Source: a virus
DNA: 64,000 bases
IMG/VR virus record: IMGVR_UViG_3300046779_002349
Coordinates: 1 to 64,000 of that record
Strand: one strand, 5' to 3'
Below, in pieces: positions 46,720 to 56,862 of the stretch. The position numbers and the translations under genes are program-made. Under the pieces are notes generated by a model that ran no database searches, was not told the origin of the DNA, and worked only from the letters and a program-made list of their open reading frames with translations. The first letter of the stretch is position 1. Each line of letters opens with the position of its first letter.

Positions 46720-47773
46720 GGTCTTTCAAGTCTGTCAGGAAGTCAATTTTGTCTGTAGTGTCTATTTTTTCGAAGATTAGAGCCGCTTCTGCAGTGGTTG
46801 TTGCGTCTTTTGCTTGTTTTAACAGTTCTGCGGTGCTCTTTGGGTAAAATTTGAACAAATCTTCATCAGAGAACTTATTTAGGTCATCTTTTGGCAACAA
46901 AATGCTATCCTCGTCAATTGATACAGCAATATGGGTGCTGGCGATCTTTTCTAGCTCTTTTACAGCAATTCCCGAGTAAATTGTCTCTGCTGCAGTCTTG
47001 TATAGGTCGTGACGTCTAATTTCTGGTGTTAAAATGGCATGATCAAGCAAATCGAACACTTCTACCCATTCCGCTACAGAATCTTCACTCAAATCGCAGG
47101 CCATTTTGATGTACAGCTCTTTCGCTTCAGGATCTTGCACAGAATTAACTCTAAACGCAATCTGAGACGGAATTAGCGACAAATCCATCAATCTATCCTC
47201 AGCAGCCTCTTTAATAAGGGTGGGAACTGAGTCTAGGGCATCAAGGCGCTCTGCAGCCGTTACAATTTTAGCAGCTGCCTCTTTCAGCAGGTCAGAGGGT
47301 AGTTTAGCGTGCATTCTCGCATCTTTCCACTCGTGACAGCTGTGATCCAAGTCAAGGACGTCGTTAAGCGGAAGAAATCCAGTTTGTACACCATCTTCTT
47401 CAATAACTAGCGCAAAATTTTCACCGATGCTTTCCGAGGCCGATTTTTCGATATTTTCTGTGAAAATTTCTTTAACGTCGGAAATTAGAGAGTCCATCTT
47501 CAAAAACGATGCTCTTTTCTCAATTACATCGATAATTTCCGAATCTTCTACTCCCGTACCGTAAACATTACAAGCACTGAGAAAAGTTGTCAGTTCATCG
47601 TAGCAGGGAAACAATTTATTCTTCTGATCCGCAAAAGCATGCTTACTGAGACCTTCAACGCTCTCTCGCGAAGGAATTTCTGCATCGTTTAAAGATTCTG
47701 GAAGCTTACCCTCTAAAGCTCCTAGAGCTTTATAGATGTAAGTAGGATTTTTATCTGTCGTATAGTCCATCAT
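46712..47773 (-). CDS. Putative head-associated protein rich in K-x-A motifs
   Basis: KHAF, KRAS, KSAS, KEAA (twice), KMAC, KTAA, KIAS, KQAK. Confidence 0.5.
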   Translation of the reverse strand: MMDYTTDKNPTYIYKALGALEGKLPESLNDAEIPSRESVEGLSKHAFADQKNKLFPCYDELTTFLSACNVYGTGVEDSEIIDVIEKRASFLKMDSLISDVKEIFTENIEKSASESIGENFALVIEEDGVQTGFLPLNDVLDLDHSCHEWKDARMHAKLPSDLLKEAAAKIVTAAERLDALDSVPTLIKEAAEDRLMDLSLIPSQIAFRVNSVQDPEAKELYIKMACDLSEDSVAEWVEVFDLLDHAILTPEIRRHDLYKTAAETIYSGIAVKELEKIASTHIAVSIDEDSILLPKDDLNKFSDEDLFKFYPKSTAELLKQAKDATTTAEAALIFEKIDTTDKIDFLTDLKDRV

Positions 47774-47786
47774 AGCCTTATCGAAA

Positions 47787-47870
47787 ATTATACATGAACT
47801 ATCTTAAAATACAACCTAAATGTCGCAAAATAAACAAATAGCTTGCTTCTGAGTAATTAATATGTAAAAT
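47787..47870. promoter_or_regulatory. Divergent sigma70-like promoter pair
   Basis: Minus strand: TTGTAT-N16-TATAAT (47814-47787). Plus strand: TTGCTT-N16-TAAAAT (47843-47870). Confidence 0.6.
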
Positions 47871-47886
47871 ATTTTTAATATAAATA

Positions 47887-50268
47887 ATGTTTGATCAGAC
47901 TACAGATATTTTACTTAAGATTCCAGCGAGTCACGCAGTAGTGCAGGCATGCGGGTCTAAAATAAAAATTTTAAATAACAAAATACACACAGACTGTCCT
48001 GAGTGCAGTAGTAAGATGTGGATTCACAATAATTCTTTTGTTTGCGAAAACTCCATGTGCAGATTGAAAGTGGCTTCACCATTTGAGTTTCTAGCTACGA
48101 GTATGTTTAGAAAGGATGTGGACAAAGCAGTCCCTTACTTTCAAAACCTAATTGACCCAAAAGGAAAAATTATTATTGATCAACGTGAACTATCTGCAGA
48201 CTTATTACTACGTAGAAAACTATTACAGCTATTCATAGATTCTATCCTAGACCCGCACGATACTTTTGAAGACATCACTATTAATGGATGGTTACGTCAA
48301 CAGGGTATTGTTATTGAGAACATAAGAGAGATTGCTACAGTCTGGAGTAGAACTCAATTGAATAAGTATGAAGATTTAATTTCTGCGTTTGGGCTAAAAA
48401 AAATACCTCACGCTGATTACTATTTGGTTATACCATATTTCACTTCCCCTAGCACTATTGGAGGTGTATTGATTACGTCTCCGGAAATGGATGTACCAAT
48501 TAGGCATAACTTTTCTAGTAAGAAGTATATGTGGGCTGGATTATTAAAAAATAATACTATCTCAAAAGAGTATTTGGTTACTGCTAGTTTTAGTAATCTA
48601 CTGGATCTTATAGGAAGTAATAGGATGTTGATAACGGATCAAATTCCTATTTTGAGTGCCTATGTAAATCCTTCTGGTTTTGACTATGATTTTGTGCCAG
48701 ATAGAATTCATTATCTGTTCGACGCCTCTAGTGAAATATTAGCGGATACGATTTCTTATTTAGCCGAGGATTGTGAAGATTTTATAGTAGGTAACATACT
48801 TAAGTGCCCGACTGTAGATAACGCTCTGACTTGGGATGAGTTTCTTGATCGCTATATTATGGCCATGATTTCAAGATCAGGAATAAACTCAGCTACACTT
48901 GCGTTTATTGATTCTTGTCGTTTGACTGGGGCTCAGGAGTATCGCATATTAAACACTCTTCTGTTAAATGGTTTCCATAAAGAAAATGCTAAATTGAAAA
49001 CTCATTTTAGTAATAAGGTTATCTTCCTAGATAACAACACGAGTGTAGCCCAGAGAGCGGAGGGATATGTTCTATCAACTGGTAAAAGCGTTAAAAAGGT
49101 TACTCAGATTAGCAACTTTACGCTGGAGATCGAAAGAAACGTAGCTTTTCCTGATCAGAAAAAAGTAATCTCTGAGGCTACTGCTAGTTTTAAAGATCAG
49201 CAGCTAAAAGTATGGATTCCTTTAGATGGATTAGAAACTGCAAATACTGTGGAAGAGGCTGTGAGAAATGCTTGGATTATCAGCGATCATGCAAAACAAA
49301 GTGATGATTCTATTCCACTTATTATTAACAAGCTTGATTTTAGAAAGTACATATCCCCGTACACGAGAAACTTAGCGGCTAAGTGCCCATACTCACAAGG
49401 TATTTCATTTCTGGGATGGGATTTTAATAAGACTAAATTTCAAGGGCCAGGTTGGCATATTGATGAAAATGGAATTCAGCAAAATGAGGCAATTCTTTAC
49501 CCAGACTCGGAATTCCTAAATTGCTATAATCACGTAAAGTTTTCTTTCGGTAACTCGGAAATGTTGACTGTATCGGACAAGAAAGCTATAGCCTTGATTG
49601 TCGGTATGATTGGTAGAGGATTTTTCGATAAACTTACTAATGGGATTAAATGTCCTAGCGATATTAATAACTGTGTTACTGATCTTTTGTTTACTATAGG
49701 GCAGGTAAAATACTTGAGCCCTGACACAAGAGAAATTAAAATATCTCAAAACAATGGTTTTCCTGTTGGGGTTATTAATACTTCTGATTTTTTTAGATCT
49801 AAAACTATAAGCCCTGTTATTGACTTAGATAGAAATAGCAATCTAGGACTTGTTGGAAATACTAAGAATTATTTTTATTTCCTAATGAATGCTGTTGTAA
49901 CTGGATTGATCAAAAAACTGATTGATGCACCTTCACGGTTTAATAGTTGCGACATCTCTACTACTCTGGTACAAGAAGGCTTGCATTACATTGAACAGGC
50001 TATTGGAGAAAGATGGGAATTGGCTATTGCTCTTAGCGAATACGACATTCTGTTTAGTTCTATGTCCAAGGAGGATCTCAGGACTAAGTTCAAAATCAAC
50101 CCATCAAGAGGAGTCGTCACCTACAAGGTTTCCGAATTGCCTAATATTTCCATAGCGTCGACAAAAGAAGGGGACCTTGGAATGATACCTCTACACGACT
50201 TTACCAATAAGGTGTACGCCTATTATGAGGATACTGATATCGATTTTGAATACGAATTATCCAATTAG
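47887..50268 (+). CDS. Large protein with an N-terminal Zn finger, possibly a degenerate primase-like or DNA-binding protein
   Basis: CPEC...CENSMC; WLRQQGI and LVIPYF resemble the primase N-terminal core; no TOPRIM acidic motif recognised. Confidence 0.4.
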   Translation: MFDQTTDILLKIPASHAVVQACGSKIKILNNKIHTDCPECSSKMWIHNNSFVCENSMCRLKVASPFEFLATSMFRKDVDKAVPYFQNLIDPKGKIIIDQRELSADLLLRRKLLQLFIDSILDPHDTFEDITINGWLRQQGIVIENIREIATVWSRTQLNKYEDLISAFGLKKIPHADYYLVIPYFTSPSTIGGVLITSPEMDVPIRHNFSSKKYMWAGLLKNNTISKEYLVTASFSNLLDLIGSNRMLITDQIPILSAYVNPSGFDYDFVPDRIHYLFDASSEILADTISYLAEDCEDFIVGNILKCPTVDNALTWDEFLDRYIMAMISRSGINSATLAFIDSCRLTGAQEYRILNTLLLNGFHKENAKLKTHFSNKVIFLDNNTSVAQRAEGYVLSTGKSVKKVTQISNFTLEIERNVAFPDQKKVISEATASFKDQQLKVWIPLDGLETANTVEEAVRNAWIISDHAKQSDDSIPLIINKLDFRKYISPYTRNLAAKCPYSQGISFLGWDFNKTKFQGPGWHIDENGIQQNEAILYPDSEFLNCYNHVKFSFGNSEMLTVSDKKAIALIVGMIGRGFFDKLTNGIKCPSDINNCVTDLLFTIGQVKYLSPDTREIKISQNNGFPVGVINTSDFFRSKTISPVIDLDRNSNLGLVGNTKNYFYFLMNAVVTGLIKKLIDAPSRFNSCDISTTLVQEGLHYIEQAIGERWELAIALSEYDILFSSMSKEDLRTKFKINPSRGVVTYKVSELPNISIASTKEGDLGMIPLHDFTNKVYAYYEDTDIDFEYELSN

Positions 50269-51021
50269 CAGCACATCGGGGTCAATTCTAAATTCTTCTG
50301 CTTCTACAGCTAGCCCAGAAATAATTAACGGTGTCGTGTAGGACCAAGCAATGTAATCCAATGTGTATTCTTGTGCTGTAGGATTATTTAAAGTAATAGT
50401 GAATCCGTCAGCAGTGATATTGGACACAACAACTCCAGCTACACTTTGTTCGTTTTCGTCAATGAGTCTAGCATGCACTGATTGAGGGGCATTGAAAAAA
50501 TTAGGTTGAAAAGGAACGAAAGTTTGCGTAGTACCTGCGGGAATTACATGATAGTTTCTCACTACATACCGTAGAGGTCTATTGATATCAGGTCTTCTAT
50601 AGTTTGAGCCAATTCCTAAGTTAAATGGGCTGTCATTATTTACGATAACCCAACGCTTGGAAGCAGAATTAGCTTTAACATCAAGAATCGTTTGTCCGAC
50701 AGGTAGGGCTTTTTCTGTACCGTCGATAACGAAAATGTAGTATCGTCTTCCATCTTCTCTAATCTCTTCTAAGACATGTTCTCCTTCGGTGTCCATAAGA
50801 AGAACTTTATTGTCAATGGTAGTAAGTGCTACAGGAAAAGGATATGTAAACGATAGTCCTTGGTCTACAGAAAACATTTCAAACACAATAGAACCATCCG
50901 CATTAGCTACGACCTGACTATCATATACAGGAGTTGTAGTAGGCATTAATCCAGGAATGGCAAATGAATTAACATTGTAACCTGTGGAACCTTTAAAATT
51001 ATCTGGAATTGGATAGCTCAT
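50257..51021 (-). CDS. Putative tail/baseplate protein with a C-terminal H-type-lectin-like domain
   Basis: VPFQPNFFNAPQSV...VSNITADGFTI...YIAW. Confidence 0.45.
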   Translation of the reverse strand: MSYPIPDNFKGSTGYNVNSFAIPGLMPTTTPVYDSQVVANADGSIVFEMFSVDQGLSFTYPFPVALTTIDNKVLLMDTEGEHVLEEIREDGRRYYIFVIDGTEKALPVGQTILDVKANSASKRWVIVNNDSPFNLGIGSNYRRPDINRPLRYVVRNYHVIPAGTTQTFVPFQPNFFNAPQSVHARLIDENEQSVAGVVVSNITADGFTITLNNPTAQEYTLDYIAWSYTTPLIISGLAVEAEEFRIDPDVLLIG

Positions 51022-51413
51022 TATACAATATCTACAACTTCTTGTTCTTGAATTAAATTAAATGTCCTAAAAGATCTAAGTAGCATTTGAGTGTCGTCTT
51101 TAATAATCTGCATACCTTCTTCTAGTGCATCAGATGTGTGAAAATGAAATTCTGCAGAATCTTTTCTGTAGAATGGAATTGGAAGCCCATCAATCTCAGT
51201 TGGCGCTCCTATTGGTAATTCATTCATCTGTACGATACTAGCCACAGCTTCACACATATCTCCAGTAGTGGGGGCGTCTGTTCCTTGTGCGTGAAATACA
51301 AAAATATTAGAGTCTAGACCTGGTTCGGTTGATAGGGCAGTAACCCTCAAGGGCCAGGAATTCTTGGCAATTTCTGGTTCAGCGATGGCTTCAAATGTAA
51401 GTCTTATTCCCAT
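51021..51413 (-). CDS. Hypothetical structural-module protein
   Basis: 130 aa; coupled to its neighbours. Confidence 0.55.
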   Translation of the reverse strand: MGIRLTFEAIAEPEIAKNSWPLRVTALSTEPGLDSNIFVFHAQGTDAPTTGDMCEAVASIVQMNELPIGAPTEIDGLPIPFYRKDSAEFHFHTSDALEEGMQIIKDDTQMLLRSFRTFNLIQEQEVVDIV

Positions 51414-52816
51414 AGAGTGTCGTGCATAATTATAGCATTAAGAGGAGTGTGTGTCTCCAAAAAATCTAATGCTGTCTGAATCTGAGTAAAGTTTAATTTT
51501 TCGCTGAATAAAACAATAAGAATATTATCTCCGTAAAAGGAAAGATACTCTCTAAGAATATTTACGTAAAAAGTTTCCCCTACATCAGCTCCTGGTACGT
51601 ACTTGTCCTTTAGATAGTCACTAAATCTGGTAATGGGGTTTCCGTAGTCGTCATATCTAGGAATGCTTTCAAACGTTTTTCTAGCACTGTTAGCATAGTC
51701 AGATACTTCTCTTCCTGGAAAACCAATCTCAACAATATCTTCTCCTACGGTACACCTAATTTCTATATCCATAAGCTCGAGAACACCTACTGGAGTTTTT
51801 AATTTAAACTTTGTTTTAGGTCCGATGAGAGGTGCTACTTCGCTGGAAGACCCTTGTAGTAGTGTAATTGGGTTTCCTGGGAACGAACCTGCAACTTGTG
51901 GGCCGACAACTTGCACTTCTTGGGAAAGCACACTGACACCACCGCTCTCGTCTGCTATCACAGTCGCTTCTGGGATGCTCTGACTGTACACTATGTTTAT
52001 GTCGTTTACAGAGGTGTACCCTACTACTTGGCAAAGAGCCTCCCTCAAATTTAGTATAGAGTTATTTTGTCTTAGATACTTAGATATTTTGTCGACCCCA
52101 ATCGTTTCTGGGTCTACAGAAAATGGAAACCCTAAAAGCGTACTTCTTTTCTCGTACCCGCTTACTACATAAACATGAGTATCGAATAATTCATGCAAAG
52201 GCGCTGTGAATTTTAGGTTATTAAACTCTACGGTAAAGTCTAGACCGTAAATTAGATAACCTCTTTTGGACAGAATGATCGTTGGTATCTTTCCTTCGAT
52301 AGGTATAATAAACTGTGGTTGTCCTGTGACAAATCCTGTCTGACCTACCTGTAAATAATCTCCAAAAAAATCTCCTTCTCCGTCAGGGTGTTGTGAGAAC
52401 CCCCATAACAAAAACTTTCCATTATGGTGTTGCCAGACCCTGTTAGATCCTGGGTCAAGTCCATAAACACCCATTAGGTTTGTATTTATTTGGCGTAAAG
52501 GAACTTCCTCAGTATTTTCATCGGTGTCCAGGCTTCTGCTTATATAATTGGATGGGTTTAGATTACTATACGTAATTTTACTGTAATCTATATCTAAATT
52601 GTATGGAATGGAGTTTACGACTGGTTTTCCACTCGTTAGTTTACTTTCTACATAGTCGCAGTAATCCCAGGCTGCCGAACCATGCTGAAATCTAGTAAAA
52701 AGTCGTACTATGTTTTTAGCTTTTTCCGAACCTTTGGATAGCCAGAAGTCACCAATATAAGCAGGTATATTGGTCTTTAACTGCAATCTGTTGTCTATAA
52801 GTGTATTACAGGACAT
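51404..52816 (-). CDS. Putative baseplate wedge protein
   Basis: Follows the baseplate J-like gene; ends FLETHTPLNAII like gpI/gp7-type wedge proteins. Confidence 0.45.
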   Translation of the reverse strand: MSCNTLIDNRLQLKTNIPAYIGDFWLSKGSEKAKNIVRLFTRFQHGSAAWDYCDYVESKLTSGKPVVNSIPYNLDIDYSKITYSNLNPSNYISRSLDTDENTEEVPLRQINTNLMGVYGLDPGSNRVWQHHNGKFLLWGFSQHPDGEGDFFGDYLQVGQTGFVTGQPQFIIPIEGKIPTIILSKRGYLIYGLDFTVEFNNLKFTAPLHELFDTHVYVVSGYEKRSTLLGFPFSVDPETIGVDKISKYLRQNNSILNLREALCQVVGYTSVNDINIVYSQSIPEATVIADESGGVSVLSQEVQVVGPQVAGSFPGNPITLLQGSSSEVAPLIGPKTKFKLKTPVGVLELMDIEIRCTVGEDIVEIGFPGREVSDYANSARKTFESIPRYDDYGNPITRFSDYLKDKYVPGADVGETFYVNILREYLSFYGDNILIVLFSEKLNFTQIQTALDFLETHTPLNAIIMHDTLWE

Positions 52817-54518
52817 TGTTTCCTACCTCTCTAAATAGAATGCTTGACCGATCCAATAGAAAGCTTATGTTTCTAGGACCTGTAGCATAATGCATATTTT
52901 CTTCGAAATCAGGATTAGTATCAGAAACGCTAATGGCAAAGTTATTAGACCCAGTTATAATAAATGTTGGGACCTCCTGGGATATACTCTCCAGCGCACT
53001 TACTGTCGACGGAACTTCGTTTAGAACATGCGTACATGGGCAGAGTCGCAAAACTGCGTCAGACTCTATTTTAAATACATTAGAAGCTCCAGAATAAAAC
53101 ATACTATCAATAATGCTAGCGTCCGAATAGGACTCTGGCCATGACACGTTCTGCAGATAAGTTAAAATCTCACTAGACGCTTTTGATTGGTCTAGGCGCA
53201 CTCCTCTTTTTCTAGAGTGATTAATGTAAAGGGCTGTGAAATCTATAGGCACAAAGCTTTTTACTACAAGGTCAACTCCTATAGGTTTAGTATCAGGAGA
53301 AGAGAAAAAATCTTCAATTATCTTAATCCCAGGATCTGCTCTGTATGTAACCTCGAATACTTGATACAATTGATTTGTAGCTGTATCCCGTAGTGGAGGC
53401 AGCAAAGGAGCTCCGTTGGCCATTATTTTTGGAGTTACATGTAACCACACTCTAAAATTTGAACTACCCGCCGCACTCAACTTAGGCATCTTGCTATTGG
53501 TAGAGTAGAAATAAGATTTAAACTCTAGATTCTGATCCTCAATGTCTGCGAAAAAAACAGCGTCTATCGCTAATGGAGTTTCCGTAAAAATGACTTCTCC
53601 AAAGTAACTATTTGTAGTTACGTCATAGTCAAGTCGGATTGGTTCTTTTAGCGCGGAACCATACAAGGCAGTCTTTACATAAAGATCTACCTTTGGTTCT
53701 GGTAAGCCAAGAGGGTTTACACTCTGTCTAGCCATTTCTACGTCAGAAGAAATAACTGGAGAAACTGCAGTTACTTCTGGAAATTCTTGCCTTACCAACC
53801 TTACGAGCCCACTTCGGTTAGTAGAGTTTGCTGATACAGCGGTAACCCTGGTTTTATTAGCTAGATCTTGTATAGAGTTTGTTTGTGCTCTGGTCCAAAA
53901 AGTACCCACAGCGTAAGCTTCTACTATGTCGGGAATAAGCTCCGATAACTCAAAAGTATCTAAATTTTCTACAGTACTTTCGTCCATACTGTATACAGAT
54001 ATATCTACATAAAATCTATTGTTGATACCTGTTAAAACTACATCATTTCTGTTTGGATCTCTTTTTTGCCCAGGAGGTAAAATTCTAATAGCACCTTCCT
54101 TGTACACACGAGGCATAAAGATCTGAGTTCCGCTTCTAAATTGTATACTGCGATCTACTTGTTTAAAGGTGGGTGTCGTAAATACCAATCTTATTACACC
54201 ACTGGACGTTATGTCTGTGTAGTTTGATGTAGAAAAGTTTTCCAGATATTTTGAAACAAACTCACAATTGTAAATCTTTCCAGAGGCTGGATTAGCTAGG
54301 TCCAGGTCAGAAGTAAAATTAGTGAGAGCTGCGTCTAGCCCTGCGTTAATAATACTACTAGAGCCTACAATCAAATCTCCAACTACTGATCCTGGGTGGG
54401 TATCTACCTCCTCAGTCGAGTTTGCTGCTACCCACAGACGTAAATTTTGATGATACCTTACTAGATCCAAATTATCTAGGGTAGTAGGAAAATAAGTAGA
54501 AAAAGTGTCTATGCTCAT
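52806..54518 (-). CDS. Baseplate J-like wedge protein
   Basis: DTHPGSVVGDLIV, SSGVIRLVFT, KVDLYVK, PIGVDLVVK. Confidence 0.6.
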   Translation of the reverse strand: MSIDTFSTYFPTTLDNLDLVRYHQNLRLWVAANSTEEVDTHPGSVVGDLIVGSSSIINAGLDAALTNFTSDLDLANPASGKIYNCEFVSKYLENFSTSNYTDITSSGVIRLVFTTPTFKQVDRSIQFRSGTQIFMPRVYKEGAIRILPPGQKRDPNRNDVVLTGINNRFYVDISVYSMDESTVENLDTFELSELIPDIVEAYAVGTFWTRAQTNSIQDLANKTRVTAVSANSTNRSGLVRLVRQEFPEVTAVSPVISSDVEMARQSVNPLGLPEPKVDLYVKTALYGSALKEPIRLDYDVTTNSYFGEVIFTETPLAIDAVFFADIEDQNLEFKSYFYSTNSKMPKLSAAGSSNFRVWLHVTPKIMANGAPLLPPLRDTATNQLYQVFEVTYRADPGIKIIEDFFSSPDTKPIGVDLVVKSFVPIDFTALYINHSRKRGVRLDQSKASSEILTYLQNVSWPESYSDASIIDSMFYSGASNVFKIESDAVLRLCPCTHVLNEVPSTVSALESISQEVPTFIITGSNNFAISVSDTNPDFEENMHYATGPRNISFLLDRSSILFREVGNNVL

Positions 54519-54889
54519 TAAATTCTGAAATTTTCTGGATTTTCGGAGATTATAACATTAACTTTAAGTTTTGGCGAATTCAAAAATAATGAACTAGCAT
54601 CAATGTTGACTCTCATAAGTCTAAATGTTTGGCTGTTGTATTGCCTATAAAAATTATACGCATCTAGAGCCGCAAAGTTTGCCAAGTGTTGTGCCCTTGT
54701 GTTGTTAATGTAATTTTTACCAATAAAGAAAACATCCAGGTCAGTACCCTTGTTGACGAAAACTTTATCTGTACCTTTCTTTGTACCAACTACTACTGTT
54801 ACATTTTGTATATGACAGTCGTTACCTTCAATCTTTGAAAAATTGAAATCAAACTCATTTCCATTAATGTCTAAGCCTACTCCTGTCAT
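54518..54889 (-). CDS. Baseplate gp25/W-like protein
   Basis: GTKKGTDKVFVNKGTDL; directly upstream of baseplate J. Confidence 0.5.
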   Translation of the reverse strand: MTGVGLDINGNEFDFNFSKIEGNDCHIQNVTVVVGTKKGTDKVFVNKGTDLDVFFIGKNYINNTRAQHLANFAALDAYNFYRQYNSQTFRLMRVNIDASSLFLNSPKLKVNVIISENPENFRI

Positions 54890-55200
54890 AATTTATCTAT
54901 TTTACTAGATGATACATAATTTTCCGCATATAGTCCACTCAATCCTATTCCTTTCAAGTACTTATGATTTCTGTTACCATATTTGAAGTCCCTAAGTAGC
55001 GCAATAGCCCAATTCTTTTTGAGTTTAGCTGGAATAGACATGGGGTTAGCTGCAGCCTCTTCCACTGCTTTATTTACTATGTCTTCTAATGCTTGCTCGT
55101 CTACAACAAAATCCTCAACAGCTCTCCCTTGTATGATATCTCGTATCTCGGAGCGGTCTGCAAACCTTTCTGTGGAAATATATTTTGTTCTAAACTTCAT
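54886..55200 (-). CDS. Hypothetical protein
   Basis: 104 aa; coupled to its neighbours. Confidence 0.55.
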   Translation of the reverse strand: MKFRTKYISTERFADRSEIRDIIQGRAVEDFVVDEQALEDIVNKAVEEAAANPMSIPAKLKKNWAIALLRDFKYGNRNHKYLKGIGLSGLYAENYVSSSKIDKL

Positions 55201-56015
55201 TACTGCGCCAATACATTATATGTTTCCTCTACTCGCTTAATAATTCTAGAGAGTCTCTTACTTACTACATCGGGACCTACACCAAGCATACTGGCTATTT
55301 CGTTATTTGTCATAGGTTTACTTCCTCCAAAACCTAATCTATGCTCCATAATTTTTCTGTCTACCTTATTAGCGTCCGCATAAACGTAATGCATAGCTTC
55401 ATCGGTATTATCTGTTTGGCTTTGATTGATGGCGTCAGCAGAAATTGCTCCGGAGTCTGGAGTTTTATACAACATGGATCGAACCTTATTTATGCGTTTG
55501 ATGGGCATTTTGATGTAGTCCGACAATTGTTCCAGATCTGGTTCTTCTCCATTTAAATCCGTAAGTTCTCTGGTACCTCTTTCAATTTGGAAAGCGTCTA
55601 GCTGAACTCGTTCTGGTAGCTTTACTACAGAGTTCAACTCTCTTTTTTTTCTACGCAATTGTTTCAATTGATTAGACGCCCAAGTCTGTAGTGCTACCCC
55701 TTGGGATGGGTCGTATGTTTTTACTGAGTCAGCTACGAGTAACATTGCCTCATTTTTTAAAAGGCTGTTATTAGGCTCTCCGAGTTGTGCGAGCGTATTG
55801 CCAATAAGTGGTGATAGCTTATTCACAACCCCAAATAGTTTTTGAGGTTGTGGGTCTAAGACATAATCATCGTAAAGCGCTTTTAGATCAGCGCTTTGCT
55901 GAGTTTTTGACAGCTCTCCTAACTGCCTCTCTGGCAGCAGCGGCTTCTGTATATTTTCGGATAACGGCATTTCTGGAACAGCGAGTGCAGTTTCTGGGAA
56001 GTCGAGAGAGTTCAT
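55200..56015 (-). CDS. Sigma-70-family (FliA/SigB-like) RNA polymerase sigma factor
   Basis: SVKTYDPSQGVALQTWA (region 2), VVKLPER, GEEPDLEQLSDYI (region 3), MTNNEIASMLGVGPDVVSKR (region 4 HTH); true start may be downstream. Confidence 0.75.
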   Translation of the reverse strand: MNSLDFPETALAVPEMPLSENIQKPLLPERQLGELSKTQQSADLKALYDDYVLDPQPQKLFGVVNKLSPLIGNTLAQLGEPNNSLLKNEAMLLVADSVKTYDPSQGVALQTWASNQLKQLRRKKRELNSVVKLPERVQLDAFQIERGTRELTDLNGEEPDLEQLSDYIKMPIKRINKVRSMLYKTPDSGAISADAINQSQTDNTDEAMHYVYADANKVDRKIMEHRLGFGGSKPMTNNEIASMLGVGPDVVSKRLSRIIKRVEETYNVLAQ

Positions 56016-56061
56016 AGTTTAACTTTTTCTGTAGATCTGGGTATTTATCAAGAGCTGACAT
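55888..56061 (-). CDS. Small CxxC protein overlapping the 5' end of the sigma gene
   Basis: YELSRLPRNCTRCSRNAVIRKY resembles the C-terminus of the upstream protein (CPECNKAGLKRRFY). Confidence 0.4.
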   Translation of the reverse strand: MSALDKYPDLQKKLNYELSRLPRNCTRCSRNAVIRKYTEAAAAREAVRRAVKNSAKR

Positions 56062-56821
56062 TTTGCTTGGATTCAAATTCAGCTTTTATTTTATCATAAA
56101 ACCTACGCTTTAATCCAGCCTTATTACACTCAGGACACTTTACTCCTTTGGATGCATACGAATCTTCCATTGTCTTCAGCTGCTTAAAGTATTCTACCCT
56201 ATACTCGGCACATCCAGAAAAGTTGCACTCTGCTGTTTCTGAGAATACATTTTCTACGTATTCCTCAAGTAGTTTTGTTTTTCCAATAAGTTTTGATTTG
56301 CCAGAGGAATCAATTTCTACAAGATGTCCTCCGATATCCTTAATTTCTAAAATACTCTTTTTAGGTTCTACCGGACCCGTTTGCTGGGGTGCGTTTGTAG
56401 TAGTATCCTTAATTTTGTCTTTTCTAGGTTTTCTTGTTTTAGGTTTATCTTGCTGTGATGCTGTTACAGAGTTTCCGGATGTTCCGATGTGTGATGTAAG
56501 CCAACTAGAGACAGCAAATGCAATAAAGCATAAAATGAAATCCAAAACAATACCCGTAGTTATAAAGGTGATTGCCCATACAATTGCTACTAGACACCAC
56601 GCTATATGCCACGATAAGCAAATAGGACACGTCAGTAAACTATGAATAAAGTATGGTTTTGTAACTAGCCAATTCTCAAAGTCTGAAAACGTGTACAGTT
56701 TTTTACTTTTTGGTAAAAAAACATTTGTCAGGTGGCATACCAAAGTGGATTCAAACCAAGCCTTGATAAAGTACATAGCCAGAAACGGTACTGCTAATAG
56801 TATGAGGTTGTGATATGTCAT
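56048..56821 (-). CDS. Membrane protein (DUF1360-like CPxC) with a Cys-containing C-terminal domain
   Basis: LLTCPICLSWH followed by transmembrane helices. Confidence 0.55.
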   Translation of the reverse strand: MTYHNLILLAVPFLAMYFIKAWFESTLVCHLTNVFLPKSKKLYTFSDFENWLVTKPYFIHSLLTCPICLSWHIAWCLVAIVWAITFITTGIVLDFILCFIAFAVSSWLTSHIGTSGNSVTASQQDKPKTRKPRKDKIKDTTTNAPQQTGPVEPKKSILEIKDIGGHLVEIDSSGKSKLIGKTKLLEEYVENVFSETAECNFSGCAEYRVEYFKQLKTMEDSYASKGVKCPECNKAGLKRRFYDKIKAEFESKQNVSS

Positions 56822-56827
56822 GCGGAA

Positions 56828-56855
56828 ATATTAATACACTCGCGTACTAATGCAA
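56828..56855 (-). promoter_or_regulatory. Sigma70-like promoter TTGCAT-N16-TAATAT, likely leaderless
   Basis: -10 box ends 6 nt before the ATG at 56821. Confidence 0.5.
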
Positions 56856-56862
56856 GATTTTA

